Shown piece after piece: positions 1-13,197 of a stretch of DNA of 64,000 nt. The stretch's first letter is position 1. Each line of letters opens with the position of its first letter. This DNA comes from Eledone cirrhosa. Taxonomy: Eukaryota. The position numbers were made by a program, and so were the translations under genes. Under the pieces are notes generated by a model, which had not been told where the DNA came from, did no database searches, and was given only the letters and a program-made list of their open reading frames with translations. The DNA is taken from assembly GCA_964016885.1 (NCBI GenBank), contig OZ024741.1:35774001-35838000 (forward strand), given 5' to 3'.

Positions 1-115
1 ATCTCAGAGCCATGGTAACAACTGAGTTAATTTAACACTACCAACTCAGCTCATCTCAGAGCCATGGTAACAACTGAGTTAATTTAACACTACCAACTCA
101 GCTCATCTCAGAGCC
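1..115. repeat. 52-bp tandem repeat (~2.2 copies, cut by window edge)
   Basis: Unit atctcagagccatggtaacaactgagttaatttaacactaccaactcagctc occurs at 1-52 and 53-104, with a partial copy at 105-115. Confidence 0.9.
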
Positions 116-703
116 ATAAAAACAAAATAACATAAAATAAATTAAAATGAGAAAATGTTTGTGTTATTGTTGATATTTGTTAGTAAGTGTTTAAAGTATG
201 TTAAGAAGAAGAAAAAAATGAACCACAACAGGAGGAGGCGAGTCATCAGCAGTCTAGTGAGCATTTCCTCCACTTTTACAAAAAAAAACTTGATAACATC
301 TCTGCCTGCTAGTGAAATTAATGAGTCTCTTGTGGACTGCCTGGATGACTGACTGCTCACAACAACAAAAACATTCAGCTTTTTTTTTTAGTATTATTAT
401 TATTTTACTGGTTTCAGTTATGGGAATTATTTTATTGATCCCTTTTTCTTCAACTGCTAAGTTACACAAACACAAATCAAAAGGGAACTTGGGCCCTACT
501 GACCCTGACCCTATTCATTTTAAAAAGAGCATGACAATGCAATGGATGGTGCAATGTGTAGAGAAGAGTGGTGGTTGTGTGGGGTCCCTGACCCTCAACT
601 GGAATAGGATTTATTCATTCATATATAATTGATATGGGATGCTTAAAGCATCCGTAAGCGGTATGCTGTTTGAGCACTCGATGCTCTTACAGAGCAGAGT
701 AGG

Positions 704-842
704 ATATCATATAAGAAACGAAGAATCAGTGTTGTGACGAATAAAATTTATTAGGCATAGGCTGGTCGCCAGAGAAACGATTGTAATATGTCTAATAAAT
801 GTTATTCGTCGCAACACTGATTCTCCGTTTCTTATGTGATAT
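704..842. repeat. Imperfect ~55-bp inverted repeat (MITE-like palindrome)
   Basis: atatcatataagaaacgaagaatcagtgttgtgacgaataaaatttattaggcata (704-759) is the near reverse complement of tatgtctaataaatgttattcgtcgcaacactgattctccgtttcttatgtgatat (787-842). It abuts a (TA)n run. Confidence 0.8.
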
Positions 843-899
843 ATATATATATATATATATACACACATCATATATAAGATATACTGGCTGGCTCACAGT

Positions 900-1095
900 G
901 TAGATAGCATTGAGCATCTCCTCTAATTCTTGTGTTGTATGAACTGTTAGGATGATGTCATCTGAGAAGTCTAGGTGGCTAGGAGTTCACCATCTATATT
1001 GATACTCTTGTTCTTCCAGTTGACTTTATTGATGATGGCGTCTTATAAATAAGATGTAAACATTCTCATGAAAATATTGTCCCTCTGCCTTGCTC
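900..1095 (-). mobile_element. Degraded non-LTR (RTE-like) reverse transcriptase fragment
   Basis: The minus strand reads, with stop/frameshift, GARQRDNIF...KVNWKNKSINIDGELL..LDFSDDIILTVHTTQELEEML. This resembles RT motifs B-C (GVRQG...L.FADD..L). Confidence 0.65.
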
Positions 1096-1409
1096 CTCTT
1101 TCTAACTTGATCTAGTTGTTGAAACAGCAGGAGCTCCTTGATCTAGTTGTTGAAACAGCAGGAGCTCAACTGTCGGGGTCCCAAATTCTTCACTCCGACC
1201 TCACACACTTACACCTCTCCAAGACAATGTCACTGGACCGAGACCTTTGGCGGTACTCAGTAACAGAGAAGACCCGCCTTACCTAAATATATAGTAAAAC
1301 CTACTCCAGCCAGTAGGCATCTCTAACAAAATACACCCCGTCCCACCACCACCACCCCCACCTCATCCACACCACCCCGTTCTATGTAAAGTTATGTTGG
1401 TGCCGCGCC

Positions 1410-1681
1410 ATTCAGGCCAAAACAAATGAGATCGTGTAGGTGTCACGACAAAAAAACACACAGTCCACGCTGTAATGTGGCCGTGTAGGCAACACGGTAA
1501 AAACCTCCCAGACCCACACTGTAAATGTGGTTGGTGTTAGGAAGGGCATCCAACTGTAGAAAACCTGCCAGACAGTCCTATGCGAGCAAGACAATCACTC
1601 TTGCCTCAAGTGGGACTACCCCCGTCCAAACCCATGCAAGCGTGGAACACGGACGTTAAACGTTGATGATGATGATGATGA

Positions 1682-1685
<4 letters not shown>
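1410..1685 (+). mobile_element. RTE-family 3' end (3'UTR + (GAT)n tail)
   Basis: Shares gttggtgttaggaagggcatcca.ctgtagaaa and aacccatgc.agcgtggaa..cggacgt.aaacg.tgatgatgat with the 3' end of the RTE at 44380-44559. Closely related to 13198-13580. Confidence 0.8.
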
Positions 1686-1724
<39 letters not shown>

Positions 1725-2032
1725 CATTGTTTAACGTCTATCTTCCACACTAGCAGGGATTACATGGGTTTGTCCCACTTGAGGCAAGATTGGTTGAGTG
1801 GCCATGTCTCGCTCGTATAGAACCATTTCTGGCTGGTTTTCTACAGCTGGATGACCTTCCCAACGCCAACCACATTTACAGTGTGGACTGGATGTTCTGT
1901 GGTACCAACATAACTTTTATATATATATAGCCCCAGGTTAACCAATGCCTTGTGAGTAAAATTTGGTAGACATAAACTGCACAAAAGCCCATCAGATATG
2001 TATACACACACACACATACATATATACATGAT

Positions 2033-2200
2033 GGGCTTCTGCACCCGTTTACGTCTACCAAATGTTACTCACAAGGCATTTGGTCAACCTGGGGCTATAG
2101 TAAGAAGACACATAACCAAAGAGCCACATAGTGTGACTGAACTCGAAACGACTGGGTTATAAAGTAAACTCCTTAAACCACACAGCCATACCTGCACCTA
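2033..2200 (-). mobile_element. tRNA-derived SINE family A (further copies ~6884-7030, 14745-14870, 15595-15745, 18597-18760, 35310-35450, 46455-46620, 62188-62350)
   Basis: Head has Pol III A-box-like tggctgtgtggttaag and B-box-like g.gttcagtc. The body ctatagcc.caggttgaccaa.gccttgtgagt.aaatttggtagac.gaaactg recurs many times in the window. Confidence 0.7.
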
Positions 2201-2479
2201 TATATAAGTTGTTGACATCATTATATAAGTTGTTTACATTAGAGCAGCATTATTCAGCAGGCTGACCAGACTGCATGCATAGATATGATGTCTCTTGTTT
2301 TTAAGCCTCATCAAGTAATGATAAACAGGGTGAAGTAGAGAGGTGTAGTGAGATAGAGAGAGAGAGTGAAGAGAGAGAGACAGACAGGCAGACGCTATGG
2401 CTGAGTGAACAGTTTTTCAGGGGTCAACAGTCAGTATCCTGTTTCTGTTACTGATCTGTAATAATGGCAATTATGATGG

Positions 2480-2952
2480 TGGAGACAGTGAAGATAGTAA
2501 TGATGGCAGAGATGGTGGTGGTAATGATTGTGTAGTAATAATGGTGATGCTGGTAGTGGTGGTGGTGGTGGTAATGATTGTGTAGTAATAATGGTGATGT
2601 TGGTAGTGGTGGTGGTGGTGGTAATGATTGTGTAGTAATAATGGTGATGCTGGTAGTGGTTGTGGTGGCCGCAGTGGTGATGGTGGTAATGATTGTGTAG
2701 TAATAATGATGGTCGTGCTGGTAGTGATGATGATTATGTAGTATTAATGGTGATGTTGGTAGTGGTCGTGGTGATGGTGGTAGTGATGATTATGTAATAA
2801 TAATGGTGATGCTGGTAGTGGAGATGTTAGTGGTGGTGGTGGTGGTGGTAGGGAAAAAGGATGATGGTGGTGATAGTTGGTGACTGTGATTAATGACATG
2901 GGGGTTGTGACTATGGAGTTAATGAGGTGGTAGTGGTGGTGGTGGTGGTGGT
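2480..2952. repeat. Low-complexity (GGT/AGT/GAT)n with ~54-60-bp higher-order repeats
   Basis: Repeated ggtaatgattgtgtagtaataatggtgatgctggtagtggtggt blocks. Confidence 0.85.
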
Positions 2953-3264
2953 ATGAAAACAAAACAAACAAACATGCACACACATACATATACAAATACA
3001 TACGAAAGGCCCCTTGCAGTTTCCATCTATTAAATTCCCTCTCAAGGTATTGATCAGCCTGAGACTTTGATAGGAGACAGGGACCCAGGATGTAGAGACA
3101 TTAATAGGAGACAGTGGCTCAGGGAGTAAAGGGTTTGATAGAAGACAGGGCCCTAAGGTGTAGTACACACTGGCATTGGACTTAAAACAAAAAGAATAAT
3201 AGAAGGAATAGTTAGATTATATAAATTAAGTAGCTGAATCATAATCATAACCATCATTACTATC

Positions 3265-3808
3265 TTATCATGGCACCAACACTAACACTTTACAGGGTGT
3301 ACTGGGTACATTTTATCATGGCACCAGCACTAACACTTTACAGGATGTACTGGGTGAATTTTATCATGGCACCAGCACTAACACTTTACAGGATGTATTG
3401 GGTGAATTATATCATGGCACCAGCACTAACACTTTACAGGGTGTACTGGGTGAATTTTATCATGGCACTAACACTAACACTTTACAAGATGTACTGGGTG
3501 AATTTTATCATGGCACAAACACTTTATAGGGTGTAGTGGGTTATTTTATCATGGCACTAGCACTAACACTTTACAGGATGTACTGGGTGCATTTTATCAT
3601 GGCACCAGCACTAACACTTTACAGGGTGTACCGGGTGAATTTCATCATAGCATGAATACTTTATAGGGTGCAGTGGGTTATTTTATCATGGTACCAGCAC
3701 TAACACTTTACAGGTTGTACTGGGTGCATTTTATCATAACACCAACACTTTACAGGGTTTACTGGATGCATTTTATCATGACACCAGCACTAACACTTTA
3801 CAGGGTGT
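3265..3808. repeat. 48-bp minisatellite (~11 copies, some 42-bp variants)
   Basis: Unit ttatcatggcaccagcactaacactttacagg(g/a)tgtactgggtgaatt. It explains the 16-aa periodic ORF at 3270-3536. Confidence 0.92.
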
Positions 3809-3874
3809 GTAGAAAATAATGAAAAATGATTATATAGGACACAGATGAAGAAATGACTGAGAAAAAGTCTTAAC

Positions 3875-3974
3875 CTCTACTTTGTTTTTAACATTGTTCA
3901 TTTTGGTCAGAATCTCTTCAACACATTTTGGCATGGCAGTCTGGTAAAGAACAAGGCTCTCCAGAGTTGACAGT
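3875..3974 (-). CDS. Candidate internal coding exon of an unidentified minus-strand gene (LSTLESLVLYQTAMPKCVEEILTKMNNVKNKVE)
   Basis: Strong acceptor gtttttaattttttttattttgcag|ACTG. Only one frame is open across 100 nt (phase 2 to 0). The donor GAG|gttaag is weak. Sequence is non-repetitive. Confidence 0.4.
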
Positions 3975-4601
3975 CTGCAAAATAAAAAAAATTAAAAACA
4001 TGATAAATTGTTATAGCAATGAAATAAGCAATATGCTTTTCCTTTCTCTCCCTCTCAGTCTGTGAGACAAGCCATGATGGATCTTCTGTTACTTTTCATG
4101 ATGAGTATTCAGTTGTTAGATCAACTGAACGTCCAACACATGAATTGCTGTGTAAATGGTTGAGTATTCCACAGGCACATGTACTGTTAACATAATTCCT
4201 GGGCAGAATGTTCAGTGTGACACAATATGTGACAAAGTTAGACATTTCAATTATAGCCAAAATCCATTTAACAGGCTTCCAAACAGTTTCTGTCAACCAA
4301 TGGCTTGGGTTGACAGGAGGCTATGGTAAAGACCCTTACCCAAAATTCCACATAAGATGGTGCATTGTGTCTTTGGGCAAGACACTTTATTTCACCTTAC
4401 TTCAGTCCACTCAGCTGGAAAAGACACATATCAGCAAGAGCTGAGTTTAAACCTGTGACAGACTGAGATGAGTCATAGAACTCATAACAGTGAGCAATAA
4501 ATGATTTCTTCTCACTACCTTTTCTTTCTCATCCGCTCTCTCACACACAAATACACACACGATCAATCTCCCCACTATTTAGTTCTTTATAAAGAATTAC
4601 A

Positions 4602-4854
4602 TTAACCCTTTCATTGCTATATTTCTAATGAAAGACAGATTTTCAAATAATTTTGAAAATAATTAAGATTTTGGAGACATTTAATTAAATAACCAATTTT
4701 CTCTTCATTAAGCTAGTATTTGGAGCATAACTTAAAAGTTCTTACATAACATTATGCTGGAAGGTTTTTAGATAAATATAAACACTTTAAAATAAACAGT
4801 TTTGTATCTTAGAAATAAAGATGGTTTTAAGCAGTTTAGTATTAAAAGAGTTAA
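4602..4854. mobile_element. piggyBac-type MITE family 2 (copies also ~16402-16626, 19837-20079, fragments elsewhere)
   Basis: Ends TTAA-ccctttc...aaagag-TTAA. The internal atatttctaatgaaagac...ttttcaaataattttgaaaataat motif recurs across the window. Confidence 0.6.
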
Positions 4855-6185
4855 ATTGAGAAATCTTTGATAATTCTGGAATTATGGCCTTATTTGAAAT
4901 TTAATTAGGATGAGTATTGAACAGTTTGTCAAACCTTTGAGATGTGATATTGTTGCCAATTTTCCAGAAATTGTTTTCTACTACCAAACCTTTTAAATGA
5001 TACTTTTAAGAATTATTCTGTTATTTTCTTTTTGATATTTTTACTTCAATTTCCTCTATTGTTCTCTTGTTTTCTATTCCTTTCTATTAGATGAAGGACT
5101 AATGTCCAAAACTTTTAAAATCACTTTATTATGATTTTACATGAAATGCAATAATGTTTAGACCCATCCTCACCCCACCTCAAACTATTTATGAAAAACT
5201 ATATTGAGATTAATTTCTATAATGGTTTCCTTTTGTGGAGTGGGGGTGATGCATATTTCCTCAAATGAAAAATGACATTGGGAGTATGTTTCAAATAAAA
5301 AACACACCGTGGTTGCATTTCATTTCAGTTTAAATAATCAGATAACTAGTTAATTAGTCAGTTGATTAATATATTTATTGGTTCATCAAACTTCTTTTGT
5401 CACAACCTGTAATCTTATCAATGACTACCCTTATTCATCTCCTCCTTGTTTACCTTTAAGCCATACAATGTTCACCTGTTTGCATTGTAATATCTTTTAC
5501 TTCAAAGTTTGCATTAATCATAAGTTTTCACTATAGTTTTACTACCTTTCTTATCAACAAAGGAAATGTGTTGGCTATCAGATCAGTCCAGAAAAACAAG
5601 GTTTCCATTGGTCTTTCCATTGCTGATACTATCTCCTGGGATGAAGAGGTGATATTTTGACCTAGAAAGCACAAAGCAGGATCAGATACTGCAAAGTATC
5701 CTCTCTGGCTCTTTAACAATTTTACTAATACACCAACTTTATCAACCCCGAAAGGACAAAAAGCAGAGTTGAGCTTTGCAATACCAAAACATTTAATCTG
5801 ACACCCTAACAACTCTGCCAATTTACTGTCTACAAAAGTATATATGTTATATATATGCTAGCACATAAAGTGGACGTTAACCAACGATAATAATGATTTG
5901 AAGATGCACCTAATGTTTTTTGTTTAAATAAATACAATGTTTACAATAGAACAAAAAATAAATTAATCCATACAAAAGATGATTTACAGTCTTTTTTTTT
6001 TAAGGTATGAACAGATTTTCAGAAATAGCCATAATTATCTAAATAATTTTTGCACTAAACAATTTCCCTCGGCGTAGCTTTTCAAAATGTCATTTTGATT
6101 GCATTGGCTACATGCTCTTTTACCTGTTCCAGCCATCTGGCTGTATTTCATATGCCATGTTGAAATGATGTCCTCTACATGTTTT

Positions 6186-6236
<51 letters not shown>

Positions 6237-6711
6237 CCCGTCCAAACCCATGCAAGCGTGGAAGATGGATGTTAAACGATGATGATGATGATGATATATA
6301 TATATATATAGTCAATGTGTGCAAGAATATAAAAAACAAATTATGCAAACCTTTTCTCTATATTATCCCACTGACGTTTAGTGTGATCAGGAATCTCATC
6401 TGATAAAAATAAAATAAAATAATTAAAAAAATAATTTATATTCAAAGGATTTTCAACAAAGAAGAAAAATAAGTTTTAAAAATATCAAAGTTAGAAAACA
6501 AAATCAATAAAATCTGTTGATAAAATAAACATTTTGTTAGTTTCCATGGCAGCTAATGAATTTGTTTCCAAAGTTACTATAAAATTATATTTTAAAAAAA
6601 AATAATAATGTTTCTTTAAAAGCAAATTGTTTTTAAACAGTTATTTGCAGATGACAGAGTAGAGTTTACCATAGTAAGAATGCAGTTACCAATAAAGGAA
6701 TTTGTTCTTAC

Positions 6712-6742
6712 ATCATAGACAACAACTTAGCTACTGTAGAAT
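6712..6742 (-). CDS. Candidate 31-nt micro-exon (DSTVAKLLSM)
   Basis: atatttcag|ATTCTACA...ATGAT|gtaaga. Phase 1 to 2 would link the 13938-14087 and 3875-3974 candidates in frame. Could be chance. Confidence 0.2.
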
Positions 6743-8306
6743 CTGAAATATTTGCCATATTGATGAGCTTACAACAGATAATTTCTTCCACTCCTCATTA
6801 CATACCCCCCCCCCCCCCCCCAACACACACACACTTCATTTACAAACTCTTTCGATATCTTTCTTAGTTCTGAACCTAAACACAGGCATGGTTGAGTGGT
6901 TAAGAAGTTTGTTTCACAATCATGAAGTCTGGTGTTCGATTACACTGTGTGGTATTCTGGACAAGTGTCTTTGCCATAGCCTCAGGTTGATTCAAATGAA
7001 ATTAGGTAGATAGAAACTATTTAGAAACCTATTAGTTAGACTGAACAATTATTTCAAAGGACCAGCCTTGTCCCATGCTGTTTCACTCTGAATTTCCCTG
7101 AGAATTCTATTAAGAGTACATATGTCAGTGTACACTCATCCACTTACATGTTCATTTAATGTGTAGACTAATTACATAGATTGAACAACTGGGATACTGA
7201 CAGAAGCTTTATCAAACCATAAAACCACTTCCTCACAAAACTCATCCAACCCATGCCAACATGGAAATGCTAACCTAAAATGTTGTTGATGATCAAATAC
7301 ATTTTATATTTACAGCATATTTCCTCCACAATATTTACAGATATTATGGTGAAGAAAACAGTATCTTCATCCACTTCATAATCATCATCATGTGGTTAGG
7401 CATCCATCTAGGCAACCCACTACCATGTATAGTACTAACCTAGTTAGTGTTAGCTTTGTATATGTAATTAGGTATATATGTAATTGTATATGTAATTAGA
7501 TATGCTTTCCATAGTTTTCACATGATTTTACAGGCTAGTGAAGAAAACATGTAAATACAAATGTGATTTGAAATTAACCATTACTAATCTTTCTATGTTT
7601 TATTGATTGTTCATAAACAGAGTAAATTCACAAGAAGAGCATGCTGCCTTATTTTCTTCCACATAAACCACTTGACCTGACTTTCCCAATCTTTGTTACA
7701 CTGTCAGCTATCACTACTCTTCCACTTTCCTATTACAAGGGGCTGTTCAAAAGATTAAGGTTACAATTTACAATATGGAGATAGTGCTGATACAACAACT
7801 TGAGAATTTAGCTAATTAAAGGATAGAATTCACTTTAAAGAAAATCAATTAAATATAATTAAACCCCTCAAAATCCCTTTTCACCATTTTTTCAAGCTGT
7901 AAATAAAAGATAGTGGTATCAATCCTTAAAGATACCTAAGAAAAATGTACATTAAAAAATAATGAAACCCTTGTATTTGCATGCAGAGAATTTGTTGATT
8001 TACTTTCATAGAAGGGAAACATTATCAAGAATACATATTTATTATAATATATTTTCATAAATAAACTAATCTAACCATATCTAACTTCACTTACTCTTAT
8101 GATTTCTTATTTAGACACAAGGCCAGCAATTTGTGGGGAGAGGAAATTGATTAATTGATCAGTACATTACTGGTACTTTATTTTAATGACCCTAGAAGGA
8201 TGACAAGCAAAGTTGAACTTGGCGGGATTTGAATTCAGAATAACAACTCAGAATAAATGCCGCAAAGTATTTCCCCCAAAGCTCTAACAATTCTGCCAAA
8301 CATAAT

Positions 8307-8505
8307 TTCAAGGGTAGGCTGAAAAGTTCATAGGCTGAATATGAAGGAGTGATGCTAGAACTGTGAAATCTTGCATGCATTAATTTCAACTCTTATTAAT
8401 AACTTCATTATTTCTTCCTAGGGACTATGTTGAAAAATAAATCTCATTTGCTCATTCCATGAGAGTATCTTGGTCAGCCTATGAACTTTTCAGCCAACTC
8501 TCGTA
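8307..8505. mobile_element. Mariner-derived MITE (~200 bp)
   Basis: ~30-bp TIRs (ggctgaaaagttcataggctga / tcagcctatgaacttttcagcc) ending in TA on the right. Internal gggactatgttgaaaaataa = mariner transposase C-terminus GDYVEK*. Confidence 0.8.
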
Positions 8506-9464
8506 GTTCCCAATTTAGTCACATAGCTAGCAATAAGTCAATTATGCCAACACTAATACTTGACTGGTACTTTATTTCATCAAGCGTGGAAAGAATGAAA
8601 GACAAAGTGGACCTCAGCAGAATTTGAACTCAAAACAAAGAGCCAGCCAGACATTAAATGCTGCAGAGCATTTTATTTGATGCAGGAATGATTCTACCAA
8701 TTCATCACCCCCACTCCTTTCACCTACTATAATTATTGGTTAGGTAATTGTGGTGACATAAACTCTCCAGTTTGGCATAGCATGTTACAATCTCCCTAGA
8801 GCTAGTGTCACAGTAAAATGCACTCAGTACACCCTGTAAAATGTTAGTGTTGGTACCATGATAGAATGCACCTGATCCACTTTCTAAAGTGATAGTATGC
8901 TGGTGTCACAAAATACACTCAGCACACTCTGTAAGGTGGTTGGAATGAGGAGGATCATCCAGCTGTATAAGCAATGTCAAATATGGAAGAGTCTAGTCAT
9001 GGACCATGTCAGCCCATCCAACCCATGCCAACATGGAAAGGAGGCATAAAATGATAAGGATGGTGATGTTAGATTCATATATCTATGAAAACATATATAA
9101 TACATTACATTACAAACATACTTCTCTATATTAATAGAAGTGGTAATAGTTGTCTACATCTGAACTCCTAAAAATCAATTCCATTTTTTTTATAAAAAGC
9201 CCTCCCTGTTGGTGTTTAGTGAATTCTGTGTTTTAATTGGGTAAAATTAAAAACAAAGAAAACAATCCACATGCTATAGTGTTATTGGGTCACAGTATTG
9301 ACTTAATAAGATCACAGTTGTTTCATTACCCATGTATCTGAATTCAAGATATGTTAATCATCAATCAAACATGAATCATAATCCAAAAATGTTCTCCACT
9401 ATAATACTATTTAAAAAAAAAAAAAAGAAATTGGAAAAATAAAGTGAAAATTAAATGCATTTAT

Positions 9465-10782
9465 TAGCTTTGCCTTTCATCCTTACATGGTTGATAAAAT
9501 AAAGTACCAGTAATGCACTGGGTCAATTTAATCGATTTTCCCTTCCCCCAAAATTGCTGGCCTAGTGCCTATAGAAGAAATTATTATTATTATTACTATT
9601 ATTATTAATAATAAAGCGCAGGGTGGTTCAGGATTGGTGGGGTACCTGAGTCGCCCCCACCCCTATAGGGGAATTTATTTTGTTATATTTATGCATAGTT
9701 TATTTTATATGTTTTATATCTTCATTGTTAAATTAGTCTTGCCATTATGCACTTTTACTCGACCTTATTGTAAACCCCCACTGTCCCTGTCTTTGTATTG
9801 TCCCCTACGTGTTGGTCCTTGTGGCCAATAAATGAAATCGTTATTATTATTATTATAAGGGCAGTATTGGTAGAGGGTCAGACACCATGCTTTGACGCAT
9901 AGAGTTACGGTCCTTGCCATTCTGAGTTCAAATCCCACTGAGGTTAACTTTGCCTTTCATCCTTACAGGATCGATAAAATAAAGTACCAGTAGTGCACTG
10001 GGTAATTGCTGACCTTGTGCCAAAAGTAGAAACAATTTTTATTATTATCATTATGATTATTAAGAGCCATGGACTGACTGTCATTAAAGAAAATTCTTAA
10101 CAGTGTTTGTTCTAGATTTTTACATTCTGAGTTCAAATCCTGCCATGGTTGACTTTGCCTTTCATCCTTCTGAGGTAAATAAATGTATTAGTAATGCACT
10201 GGGGTCAATTTAATTGATTTTCTCCTTCCCTTCAAATTGCTGGTCTTGTACCAAAAGTAGAAACAATTATCATCATCATTAATCTTATTTTTATTGCATA
10301 TCATTACTGCATTACTGAACACAGTTCTATGCACCTTGGGTATGTGCAGTATTGTTTTTGATGTCATTATTTTTATTGTATTGAGAGTACTCTTTGTAAT
10401 ATGTATGTAATTTTCTGTATGCTGTATATATTTGTAAGTCCTGGGGTTTTGGTTACATATCTGTCTGTGTTTTTTTTTATCCCAGAGCAACTATTACTAT
10501 AGGGATGTTTCAGTTTTCTTCATCCACATTCAGGTTATTCCTATCTCTACATCTTTATATTTGGAAGACTCCTCTTGGCAGTATCGGATGCCATCCTTTG
10601 TTGCATAGAGTTACGGCCCTTTACGATCTGAGTTCAAATCCTGCCGAAGTTAACTTTGCCTTTCATCCTTACGGGGTCGATAAAATAAAGTACCAGTCAC
10701 GCACTGGGGTTAATTTCATCGACTTTTCCCTCCCCCCAAAAATTGCTGGCCTTGTGCCTATATAAGAAACCATTATTATTAT
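9465..10782 (+). mobile_element. Cluster of tRNA-derived SINE family B copies (also ~8110-8300 minus, 30165-30305, 48000-48470, 61035-61225)
   Basis: Repeated gagttcaaatcc (B-box) followed by gaggttaactttgcctttcatccttacggggtcgataaaataaagtaccagt and a (TTA)n tail. The central domain resembles the MetaSINE conserved domain from memory; not verified. Confidence 0.75.
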
Positions 10783-11039
10783 TTCCAACTTAATTAATGA
10801 AGGTATTTCCCAGAAAAACTTTGCCTGTCTTTATTTCAATGTGCTACTGAAAGATTGTAGTTATATTGTAATCCAAATGTAATGACCTTTCTATTTACTT
10901 AGAGATAAAATAGAAATTAATAACCAAGGAAACTAAATTATACTTTTCTGAAGAATGGTTTGTCTGTAGACCTTTAAAAATATCCATTAGAATTTAATGT
11001 GTTGGAAGGGGCCTAAATAATTTGGGCAATTAATTATGA

Positions 11040-11372
11040 ATATCTGAAATGGGGTTCCTCTGAAGAAGCACGCAGCTTGGAGATCAGGGTCATTCCAGGT
11101 AGAGCCACTATTTGGAGATCAAAGATCTGATACTATGGGCATGTGGTTAAAATGTCTCAGGAAAGAATCACTGGACAGATTTTAAGGGCAAAACCAACTG
11201 GCAGGAGACTCAGGGGTAGACTCCGAACAGCATGGTTGGATAACATCAATGGGCTTGGCTAGTTACGCTTGGGGATCCAGCTGGGTTAGTTGGAGATGAG
11301 TGCTTCTGACAGGACCTGCTGGAAGGAGTGTTTGAGGGCTCTGCCATAGTGTTTGAGAACCCTCTGGGTGAA
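11040..11372 (+). mobile_element. Degraded 3' end of another RTE-like LINE family (related copies 15000-15165, 49090-49245, ~60640-60790)
   Basis: Three copies share ggttggataacatc.atg.gcttggct.gt...gc.tggg.atccag..ggatcagttggagatg..ttctgacaggacc. Translates as GRP.T.WLDNI-like LINE C-terminus. Confidence 0.6.
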
Positions 11373-11630
11373 GAAGAAAGAAGAAGAAAGCAGAAGTAAA
11401 GGAAGAAAAAGAAAAAAGAAGAAAAAGAAGAAAAAGGAAAAGGAAAAGAAGAAAAGGAAAAAAGAAAAAAAGGAAAAAAGAAAAAAAGGAAAAAGAAAAA
11501 AAGAAAAAAGGAAAAAGAAAAAAAGGAAAAAGAAAAAAAGAAAAAAGAAAAAGAAAAAGGAAAAAAGGAAAAGAAAAAGGAAAAAAGAAAAAGAAAAAGG
11601 AAAAAAAGAAAAAGAAGAAGAAAAAGACAA
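11370..11630. repeat. Purine-rich (GAAAA/GGAAAA)n simple repeat
   Basis: Directly visible. Accounts for the poly-K and poly-F ORFs. Confidence 0.95.
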
Positions 11631-13197
11631 ACTCAAAATAGATATAATATATCAATCTTAATATTCGTTGATTGGTTTCCTAGTATGCTTTCTTTTCACT
11701 ACATATGGATATTTCACAGCAAAAATTTAAACCATGCTTTGGTATATTAATTCACAAAACTTCAGTGATCTTACTCTATAGCTTCCAATCTACAGTGTCT
11801 ACCTATTATATTCCACTTACAGTGCATATATGCCCACACCTGGTTATGATAAATGGCATTTGGCCAAGATACCACATAATGGGATCAAGCGCAGAGCCAT
11901 ATGATTCTAAAGCAAACTTCTTAACCATATGTCACTTTTAACTCTGCTAGGTCCTGTGCTCAAATCTCACCCAACTCTTTCTGAGGTCCCAAAAATAAGC
12001 ACCAGTAATACAGTGGGATGGATTTGCTCAAAAATTGGTCTCATGCATAAAGAAAGAAAAACGAAAATATTAGTTATTTTCTTCAATTATAATTTTTCCT
12101 TGGTTCTTATTTTATAAAATGACAACATGTTAATCATGATCACTGGGTAATGAAGTGCTGGGAGTTCCGAGTGGAAAAGAGGCACAAAAAAGAAAGAAGA
12201 CAAAAGTAGAACCTGAACAGCAAATGGTCAAAGCTGATCTTAGAATGCTGAACCTTATGAAGAAGATGATGAAGGAGCACATGTGGAAGAAAACTGTAGT
12301 AGAAAAAACTCATCCAACACATGAAAGCAAAGTAAAGCAGACATAAAAATAACGAGGAAGATGTCTCATATTAATAAAGTAAAGCAGACATAAAAATAAT
12401 GAAGAAGATGTCTCATGTTAAGAGATTATTGTGAAGACTCAGAGCTTTTGGAAGATGGTGGTGGTGTTGGTGTTGTTGATGGGGAAATTGATACAATGAA
12501 AGATGGATTTTAATCAAAAAATTACATTTTGTTTTTTAATATAAAATTTTTACATTATTTTGACTAATCATTAGCTATTTAACATTCATATTTCGTTTCA
12601 ATATTTTACATCCCAAAATGGAGATTTGTGTGCAGGGATTTTTAATTATATGTGAGTGGTAGTTGGTATTGAAGTATAAGAGATTACGTGATGTAAAAAG
12701 TTGTCTGAATATCACTGACCATGATTATATATCATCATTTAACATCCATTAAATGACGATTAATATATATCATCAGCATTTTATGTCCATTTTTTCCACT
12801 CAAGCATAGGTTAGATGAGTTGTCCTGTTGTGGGCAATGCTAGGTCAGGTGACTATGGCTCGTTCATACAGAACTGATTTTGGCTTGGTTTCTACAGCTG
12901 CATGCCCTTGCTAACGGCAACCTCATTTACAGTGAGTACTGGGTGATTTTTGTCGCGACGCCTACACAGTCCCTTTATAGTGTGGACTGGGTGCTTTTTG
13001 TTGTGACAATATGTGTGTGTGTGTCACAATTGTAATGATACCATATCATACATGGTTTTTGTCAGATTAACAAGTCTGATGAATAGATTGGAGCTGGAGT
13101 TGTGTCAATAACACAAATATGGACCCTGAGCCAGCCATCTGTGAAACATTCATAACTAAATCAAAACCTCATGTGAAACATTGTTTTGTTCTTCTTA

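Noticed and set aside
5546-5661. Apparent minus-strand exon (GQNITSSSQEIVSAMERPMETLFFWTDLIANTFPLLIRK) with AG/GT ends
   Set aside because: Its core resembles the SINE body at 17370-17430 (gatagtat.agcaat.ggaaagacca..ggaaac.ttgttt), so it is probably repeat-derived. Its end phase is also incompatible with the 3875-3974 candidate. Exonisation is not excluded.
11263-11661. Poly-Lys and poly-Phe ORFs
   Set aside because: Simple purine repeat.
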